Shown: positions 57,202 through 64,000 of the stretch, piece by piece
How positions within the stretch are numbered: the first letter of the stretch is position 1
Layout of the letters: each line of letters opens with the position of its first letter
The notes under the pieces: generated by a model
Seen by the model: the letters and a program-made list of their open reading frames with translations, nothing else
Told to the model about the DNA's origin: nothing
The model's database searches: none
Program-made: the position numbers and the translations under genes
From: Nanobdellota archaeon
GTDB taxonomy: Archaea > Nanobdellota > Nanobdellia > Pacearchaeales > GW2011-AR1
Length of the DNA: 64,000 bases
Assembly (NCBI GenBank): GCA_018816335.1
Contig: JAHIVP010000013.1
Location: 19,226 to 83,225, forward strand
Direction of reading: 5' to 3'

Positions 57202-57348
57202 ATGAATAAAAAACTCCTAAACATATTATTTCTCATCTGGATTATCATAGTTTTCTTTTTCTTCTACAAACAAGAATTAATTCACAATATTGACCATCTT
57301 CCAACTTTTATAAAAAACATAATAAATAATCTTCCTTTTTTCAAATGA
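57202..57348 (+). CDS. 48-aa single-TM protein
   Basis: MNKKLLNILFLIWIIIVFFFFYKQE...; fills the gap exactly, ATGA overlap with the next gene. Confidence 0.6.
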   Translation: MNKKLLNILFLIWIIIVFFFFYKQELIHNIDHLPTFIKNIINNLPFFK

Positions 57349-59168
57349 TAATTGAAATATTAATTACAATTTTAGTATTCTTTATAGCATTAATTTCAGG
57401 AAACAAAATATTTAGGCTATTCAAACTTCAGGTTTCCTTCAACGAAGAACTAATTTATTCATTAGCTCTTGGGTTTGCTTTTCTAAGCTATTTAATATTA
57501 TTTTTTGGATTATTAGGATTAATCTACAAATCAGTTTTCATTATCATATTCTTTACCTTATTTATCATCTCTATCCCTGAACTAAAAAATCTCAAGAGAA
57601 AATTCAAACTTGACATTAATTTTTCTTACTTATGTATCCCAATAATAATATTTTTACTATTAATTTTAATTGGCTCTTTATCACCTCCAACAGGATGGGA
57701 CACTCAAAAATATCATCTTTCAGCTCAAGAAGCTTATGTTAATCAAAACAAAATATCCTATGTTCCAATACTCCATTCAGACCTACCGTCTCTAGCTAAC
57801 ATGTTTATATTATTAGGAGTATTATTAAAAAATGATATCCTTGCTAAATTAATATTTTATTCAGTATTTCTTGTTTTAGTATTTTCCGTTTACATATTTA
57901 CAAAAAAACATTTTTCAGAAAAAATAGCATCTCTTGCTACTATAATATTCCTCACATTCCCAATGATAATTTATTATGCAGGAACAGTTCACACAGATAT
58001 GTTTTTATCTCTTTTTACTTTTTTATCTATTATAACATTTTTTTACTGGGCTCACCCAGAAACCCTCAAACAAGATAATAAATATTTAATTCTTTCAGCT
58101 ATATTTGCAGGTTTAGCATTTTCAACAAAAATAACAGCAATACTCACTTTGTTAGCTTTTGCAATAATTTTCTTAATTCATTTAATTTTCAAACCCAACA
58201 AAATTAAAACTATAAAATTCACACTTATCTTTTTCTTAATTGTAGCTTTAATTGTTTCTCCTTGGTTTATTAAATCATATATCTTTACAGGAAATCCTAT
58301 CTACCCTATTGCTTACAATATTTTTGGAGGACCTCAAAATCTAACTTATGCAACAGAATTTACAAACACTCAGTTAGCAACAGGAGGATATGGCACAAAC
58401 CTATTAACATACATTTTATCTCCATGGCACATAAATTCAAATGGTTATAGATTTCTTAGTTCATTTTCTTTAATCCCTTTACTCTTAGCATTTCTACCTC
58501 TTCTCTTTTTCATCAGAAACAAAAATTCAATAATAAAATTCTTACTAATCTTCTCATTCATTTATTTCACAATCTGGTTTTTTCTTCATCCTTTTCTAAT
58601 GAAGCTCATTCCAATTATTGCTCCTTTATCAATAATCTTAGCATACACAATAATCTCTGTTTTTGAAAGAAAAACAATTTCAAAATTCTTCACAATCTTC
58701 ATAATTTTTACAATCTTATTCTCTTTTTTAATGGCAGGTTTAATTTACAAACCACAAATAAAAGTTGCTCTTGGTTTACAATCAAAACAAAATTATTTAT
58801 CAAATAATGTTGATGTCTATAACACTTTCAATTATGCAAACAACAATCTCAATCCAAATTCAAAAATATTGTTAATCGGTGAAGAGAGAAACTATTATCT
58901 TGACATTCCATTTCAAGATGGAGACCCAACAAGACAAGGATTAATTGATTATAGATCTACAGATCAACTCAACCTTAAAATTTTCATAAACAAAGAACAA
59001 ATAACTCACTTAATTGTAAATAAAAACTTTTTTTCAAACATCTCAGATGATAAAATTGGTTTATATGGGTATACAGAATATTCTTATGATTTAATTACAA
59101 CATATATAGAAGAGAATACCAAAGAAGTTTATGAATCAAATAATATTTTTCTTTATGAATTAAATTAA
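57345..59168 (+). CDS. GT-C fold membrane glycosyltransferase
   Basis: WDTQKYH, HTD, K, PW..GNPIYP motifs; many TM helices. Confidence 0.8.
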   Translation: MIIEILITILVFFIALISGNKIFRLFKLQVSFNEELIYSLALGFAFLSYLILFFGLLGLIYKSVFIIIFFTLFIISIPELKNLKRKFKLDINFSYLCIPIIIFLLLILIGSLSPPTGWDTQKYHLSAQEAYVNQNKISYVPILHSDLPSLANMFILLGVLLKNDILAKLIFYSVFLVLVFSVYIFTKKHFSEKIASLATIIFLTFPMIIYYAGTVHTDMFLSLFTFLSIITFFYWAHPETLKQDNKYLILSAIFAGLAFSTKITAILTLLAFAIIFLIHLIFKPNKIKTIKFTLIFFLIVALIVSPWFIKSYIFTGNPIYPIAYNIFGGPQNLTYATEFTNTQLATGGYGTNLLTYILSPWHINSNGYRFLSSFSLIPLLLAFLPLLFFIRNKNSIIKFLLIFSFIYFTIWFFLHPFLMKLIPIIAPLSIILAYTIISVFERKTISKFFTIFIIFTILFSFLMAGLIYKPQIKVALGLQSKQNYLSNNVDVYNTFNYANNNLNPNSKILLIGEERNYYLDIPFQDGDPTRQGLIDYRSTDQLNLKIFINKEQITHLIVNKNFFSNISDDKIGLYGYTEYSYDLITTYIEENTKEVYESNNIFLYELN

Positions 59169-60146
59169 TCACTCAAACCTTGGAGTTATATACTCACTAG
59201 AATATTCATTACAATTCCTACAAATCAACGGAAATATCTTCTTATTATGCATCTCTCTCCATCTTTTGCTCATCCTACTATTCCAAATTTTTTTCAGGGA
59301 AGTTTTATTTGCATCTCCTAAAACCATCTTTCCCTCATAATCAACACAACACGGAACAACTTTTCCATCCCATAGGACAATTATATTTCCTCTCCACAAT
59401 TCTTTACATCTACTATTTCTCTTTCTAGGTGTAAATGAAATATTCGGCTGTATCTGAATTCTATCAACAACATCTTTCCACTTTTTATAAAACTGAGGAA
59501 CATGCTTTTCTGTCTCAGGCATTATAACCATATTAATATCAATCTTTGTTTTAATCTTCAATTCATTTCTTAGCTCAATTAATCTCATAATTCTCTTTTC
59601 AATTATTTTATAATCAAAACCTCTAATCTTTGTATATGAATCTTCAAAACCATCTAAAGATATTGTTATCCTTTCAATCTTCGCATTCAAGAGTTTCTTC
59701 ATCTTTTTATCATTAGTTAATAAAACAGCATTTGTAGTAAGAAAAGTTCTAATTCCTTTTTTATTAGCATAATCCAACATATCATATATTTTTGGATGTA
59801 ACAACGGCTCTCCCCAATTAAACATCAAAGCAAACTCCATCTTAGGATTCTCATCAACAATCTTCTTAAATAACTCATATTTCATAAAACCCTTCTTCCT
59901 CTTCATCCCATTATTTACAGGACACATTTTACAACTCAGATTACAATTATTTGTAACCTCAAACTGAACACTTGTAACTTTTGGAGAATAAGTTGAATTA
60001 CACATATAAAAAAATTGATTCAGGCCAACATCATAAATACTTTTAAAAGTTGGATATCGTGTTTTAATAAACTCTTTCTGCTCTGGCTTTTTCAAATACT
60101 TATTTGCTGCAAAATCATATATCCATTCTTTAATTTTATTTGACAT
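59169..60146 (-). CDS. Radical SAM protein with SPASM/twitch domain
   Basis: CNLSCKMC, WGEPLLHP, CKELW..DGKVVPCCVD, CRNC. Confidence 0.9.
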   Translation of the reverse strand: MSNKIKEWIYDFAANKYLKKPEQKEFIKTRYPTFKSIYDVGLNQFFYMCNSTYSPKVTSVQFEVTNNCNLSCKMCPVNNGMKRKKGFMKYELFKKIVDENPKMEFALMFNWGEPLLHPKIYDMLDYANKKGIRTFLTTNAVLLTNDKKMKKLLNAKIERITISLDGFEDSYTKIRGFDYKIIEKRIMRLIELRNELKIKTKIDINMVIMPETEKHVPQFYKKWKDVVDRIQIQPNISFTPRKRNSRCKELWRGNIIVLWDGKVVPCCVDYEGKMVLGDANKTSLKKIWNSRMSKRWREMHNKKIFPLICRNCNEYSSEYITPRFE

Positions 60147-61596
60147 TTTTTTTATTTGATTTTAATTCCCTATCCATTGTTATCCCAAAAAATCTTTTTA
60201 TATAATGTTTTGGATTATCACGAATTTTTTCAATTATTTTTTTCAGAAAAAACATTTTCCCTTGCGCAAGTATAGATTTTATTATTATTTTATTCGACAT
60301 TTTTACTAACCATTTCTCAGAATGTTCTGCTGTAAAAAAAGGACAAGGATTATCACTTAACCAATAATCATCATCTATTACTCCTTTTTCAACAGCAAAT
60401 TTATAAACTTCTGTTCCAGGAAAAACCCATAAAGGAGCAGCATAAAAAAATTTCATTTTTCTTATTTTTTGTAATTGCCTTATAAAATCAATGGTTTCAT
60501 TAACTGTCTCTTCTGTTTCTCCAGGAAAACCCACAATTATAAATTTTTCAATTTGTATCTTTTTAAATTCTTTAAATATCTTGAAAGTTTCAATACAATC
60601 TTCTTTTGTTATGCTTTTATGAATAGATTTTAATAGTTTTTTACTGCCAGTTTCTATCCCAAAATAAATTTCACTAAATCCTACTTTTTCCATCCAATAA
60701 ACCATTTCTCTTGAAATAGGTTTTATTCTTCCTTGGCCAAAAAAATTTAATTTAATTCCTCTTTTGATTATTTCTTTACATATATTTATCACTCTTTGGT
60801 TATCTAATGTGAAATTGTCATCTAAAAATTGAATATGAGTTACCCAAGGATATTTTTTTGATATATATTCTATTTCATCTACTACTTTTTTATAATTTCT
60901 AGGTCTCCAACGTCTTCTACTAACAATATTCAAACAACAAAAAGAACATCTGTTTGGGCATCCTCTTGATGTGAGAATTTGAACTTTTTTAATAGCTGGT
61001 TTCATAAAAACATCATAACTTGGATAAGGATATTTATCTATGTCTTGAACTAACTCTCTTTGTTTAGTAAGAATAACTTCATTCTTTTTATCTCTATAAG
61101 CAATTCCTTTTATCTCTTTAAGGGATTTTTTATTTATCAACGCATCAAGAAGTTCGATTATACTTTCTTCAGATTCTCCAATACAAATTGCATCAATTGG
61201 AAAATTCTCTAATAACTGTTTATACATCACACTTGAATGTATTCCTCCAAGAAGAATTTTAATATTTTTATCTAAACTTTTTATAAGTTTTATTGCCTTA
61301 TAAGTTGAAATTCTTGTCATAGTCATTACTGTAATCCCCACAAAATCAGGCTTAAATCTTTCAATTTCTTTTTTAATTTCTTTTAAACAATTTTCTTCTT
61401 TCCAAGTTGTATAATCTTTTGTAATTACCCCATAATTCTCTTTTTTTAGTATAGCATCTAAATAAAGAAGCCCCATTGGAAATTGTTCTTCATTAGATTC
61501 GTTTGATAAACTCCGTGTTTTATTTTGTTCTTCAACAGAAGTCTCAAATAAAAAAATCTTTGCTTTTTTGTTAGATGTATCTATTTTCATTTTCAT
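60136..61596 (-). CDS. B12-binding radical SAM protein
   Basis: PMGLLYL, GGIH, GESE, SRGCPNRCSFC, GIETGS. Confidence 0.92.
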   Translation of the reverse strand: MKMKIDTSNKKAKIFLFETSVEEQNKTRSLSNESNEEQFPMGLLYLDAILKKENYGVITKDYTTWKEENCLKEIKKEIERFKPDFVGITVMTMTRISTYKAIKLIKSLDKNIKILLGGIHSSVMYKQLLENFPIDAICIGESEESIIELLDALINKKSLKEIKGIAYRDKKNEVILTKQRELVQDIDKYPYPSYDVFMKPAIKKVQILTSRGCPNRCSFCCLNIVSRRRWRPRNYKKVVDEIEYISKKYPWVTHIQFLDDNFTLDNQRVINICKEIIKRGIKLNFFGQGRIKPISREMVYWMEKVGFSEIYFGIETGSKKLLKSIHKSITKEDCIETFKIFKEFKKIQIEKFIIVGFPGETEETVNETIDFIRQLQKIRKMKFFYAAPLWVFPGTEVYKFAVEKGVIDDDYWLSDNPCPFFTAEHSEKWLVKMSNKIIIKSILAQGKMFFLKKIIEKIRDNPKHYIKRFFGITMDRELKSNKKNVK

Positions 61597-61626
61597 AATG
61601 TTAAATAAATTAAGGCTTTATAAGTT

Positions 61627-63198
61627 TTATTTCACTCTACTTTTTAATTTTCTACCTAAAGATCTGATGATTTCTAAATCTCTTTTGTCAAATCCTTTGA
61701 ATATAAATATCAAAATGATATACAATAAAATAAAAAAGATAAATAGACTTATTATTGAAAGAATATTTACAATGATAAATTGTTTAAAATATAAAACAAG
61801 AGCTATTGGAATTAAAGAACATAATAAAATTGTTATCATCTTTCTTTTTAGAGGAACTATTGAAAGATAATACATTACTTGAAATAATAAAAGTAAATTA
61901 AAAACTATTATTGATATTGATGTTGCTATTGCAGCCCCAGTGATACCTAAACTATTATCTAAAAAAAAGATTGTTGGTAGAGGGATAAGAATAATATTTA
62001 ATATAATATTTAATATTGCCGCAAATACTATATCAAACAAAATTAATTTTGATTTTCCAATCATGAGTATTAAAGCATTCGCTACACTAAATACAGAAGT
62101 AAAAATAAATCCTATTGCAAGTATTCTAAGCGCTGGAGCAGCAACAAGGTACATATCCCCAAAAAGAAAATTAATAGCTACCTCAGGAAAAATAAAAATT
62201 AATATAAATATAGGTAAATTAATTGTAAATATCCATTTTACAACTTGTTTACTTAAATCTCTCACCATTTTAATATCTTTCTCACCATATTTTCTATTAA
62301 TTATTGGTGAAAAAAGTTGAAGAAACAAAGCATGAACAATTGTTAATAACGAAGCAATTGGAACTGCAGCATTATAAAATCCTACCTCTCTTGCTGTTTT
62401 AAAATATGCTATTAAAAAAGAATCTACTCCATAAAAAACAAATGCAAGTATCCCAAAAAATAATAATGGTAAAGAGTAATCTAATAATTTTTTATTTAAA
62501 CTCTTTTTCTCTTCTTTTGGCAATTTTGATTTTCCTAAAATTTCAGGAAGTTTATATTTACAAAAAAGATATGACAACAAAAAAGTCGTAAAAATACCTA
62601 AAAAATAAGCTAAAGCAATTCCTTTAATTTGTAAACCTAATGAGATAAAAAGAATCAAAAACAAGAGTTTTACTGTATTCTCAGCAAAATTTAGAATACC
62701 TATATACTCTTTTATTTTTTCATGAGCTTTTATAGTTGCCAAAAATGTATTCCCAAAAATTGATAAAGGAAGAACAAAACTAAAAACTCTTAAAAACAAA
62801 ACTAATTTTGGTTCATGAAAAATATTTATTGAAATGAACTCTGAGAATGAAAACAAAAATACAGCAAAGAAAATACTTGAAAATAAAAATAATGTTGTTG
62901 TAAATTTAAATACCTGTTTTATTTTTTCTTTGTTTTTTTCTCCTCTGTAAATTGGTATAAATCTTAAAATACCTTCAATTAAACCTAGAGTAGAAAAGGC
63001 AATAAACCATTGGAGAATCATTATTCCTAATAAAAAAACCCCATAAATTTCAGGCCCATAATATCTTGCTATTATAATCCTAAACGCATAAGTAACTACT
63101 TTTGAGAAAATCAATCCAAAAAGAACAATCATAGAAGTTTTTGCTAAAAGCCTTAGGATAATATTAAACTCTTTTTCTTCTTTTATTTTTTCATTCAT
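61627..63198 (-). CDS. Oligosaccharide flippase (Wzx/MOP family)
   Basis: ARYYGPEIYG, VGFYNAA, GITGAAIAT. Confidence 0.9.
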   Translation of the reverse strand: MNEKIKEEKEFNIILRLLAKTSMIVLFGLIFSKVVTYAFRIIIARYYGPEIYGVFLLGIMILQWFIAFSTLGLIEGILRFIPIYRGEKNKEKIKQVFKFTTTLFLFSSIFFAVFLFSFSEFISINIFHEPKLVLFLRVFSFVLPLSIFGNTFLATIKAHEKIKEYIGILNFAENTVKLLFLILFISLGLQIKGIALAYFLGIFTTFLLSYLFCKYKLPEILGKSKLPKEEKKSLNKKLLDYSLPLLFFGILAFVFYGVDSFLIAYFKTAREVGFYNAAVPIASLLTIVHALFLQLFSPIINRKYGEKDIKMVRDLSKQVVKWIFTINLPIFILIFIFPEVAINFLFGDMYLVAAPALRILAIGFIFTSVFSVANALILMIGKSKLILFDIVFAAILNIILNIILIPLPTIFFLDNSLGITGAAIATSISIIVFNLLLLFQVMYYLSIVPLKRKMITILLCSLIPIALVLYFKQFIIVNILSIISLFIFFILLYIILIFIFKGFDKRDLEIIRSLGRKLKSRVK

Positions 63199-64000
63199 CT
63201 ATTTGGATACAAACAAAGAGTACCAAACTCTCTTAGCTATAAATTTAATTTGCTCAAATGAATTTATATCTTTCAACATCCCCCACAAAATCTTTGGCCT
63301 CAAATAAAAACCCAAAAAAGCTTTTCTCTGAAGTTTCTTCATTTCTTTCGCAGTCAATCCCTCAGGAACATACCCAACTTTATAAAAAATAAAATTATCA
63401 TAATCAAGCTCTTCTAATTTTCCTTCCTCAATCAACTTATTTGTTATCTCTGTATTTGGATATGTTTTAAACATACTAAACTGCGCTTTTTTCAAAGGAA
63501 TTTTCTTAGAAAATTTGATTGTTTTCAATATATCTTCTCTTGTCTCAGTTGGATATCCAATAATAAAAAATCCATTTGCATTCAAACCACACTCTTTAAT
63601 TAACTTAGTCTTCTCTTCAATAATCTTTGTTGTCAAACTTTTCTTCATATCTTTCAAAATCTTATCACTTCCAGATTCAATCCCAACATTAAAATCTTGT
63701 AAACCTGCTTTTTTCATCTTCAACAAAATTTCTTTATCTAATGTATCTAATCTTATACCATTCGGAAACGTAAACTTAATATTCATTTTTTGTTTAATCA
63801 ATTCATCACAAAACTCATGAACCCTTGCTTTATTTGTAGTAAAAGCATCATCAATTATGTGAATTTCATCTACTCCAAACTCATCTTTTAACAATTTCAT
63901 CTCATCAATTACATGTTTAACACTTCTATATCTAATTCTTCTTCCACTCATAATATGAACAGTACAATATGTACACTGAAACGGACAACCTCTTGAAGTT
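63199..64000 (-). CDS. Radical SAM protein, probably B12-binding type (5' part outside the window)
   Basis: Frame open to the window end: TSRGCPFQCTYC...IDDAF...GIESGS...FFIIGYP. Confidence 0.88.
   Translation of the reverse strand, partial: TSRGCPFQCTYCTVHIMSGRRIRYRSVKHVIDEMKLLKDEFGVDEIHIIDDAFTTNKARVHEFCDELIKQKMNIKFTFPNGIRLDTLDKEILLKMKKAGLQDFNVGIESGSDKILKDMKKSLTTKIIEEKTKLIKECGLNANGFFIIGYPTETREDILKTIKFSKKIPLKKAQFSMFKTYPNTEITNKLIEEGKLEELDYDNFIFYKVGYVPEGLTAKEMKKLQRKAFLGFYLRPKILWGMLKDINSFEQIKFIAKRVWYSLFVSK

Noticed and set aside
1-64000. GC-skew switch marking an origin or terminus; genome-wide stop recoding; many short antisense ORFs
   Set aside because: No skew inversion visible by eye; TAA, TAG and TGA all terminate conserved genes; antisense F/L/S-rich ORFs are shadows of A-rich genes

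Overview
AT-rich, densely packed archaeal DNA. Archaeal-type ribosomal proteins, RpoD/F/N, SUI1, prefoldin, Rpp21, AglB, a stand-alone 5S rRNA, mostly SD-less coupled genes and many orphans suggest a streamlined DPANN (Pacearchaeota/Woesearchaeota-like) genome; that placement is inference. Layout: Lhr helicase; a cluster of wHTH genes with embedded DNA repeats and a dif-like site; orphan ORFs; DEAD-box helicase, aminopeptidase, surface protein and XerA; the rpl21e-rps13-rpoD-tRNA(Leu)-rps9 cluster; an ABC exporter operon; 5S rRNA; the S10/spc superoperon through secY; then aglB and a >20 kb glycosylation island with six radical SAM enzymes. Main finds: (1) a 117-bp hairpin element present three times in the r-protein operon, each an intact 38-aa mini-ORF coupled to both neighbours, plus a related 24-aa element and in-frame palindromic insertions in proteins; (2) two convergent coiled-coil/wHTH genes with iteron-like repeats in their own linkers, repeated AGTTCGTTTAA boxes and a 28-bp dif-like site linked to xerA; (3) a tRNA-Leu with A34 (AAG) flanked by tRNA-end-derived structured repeats. 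Everything was read by eye; no database searches were run.
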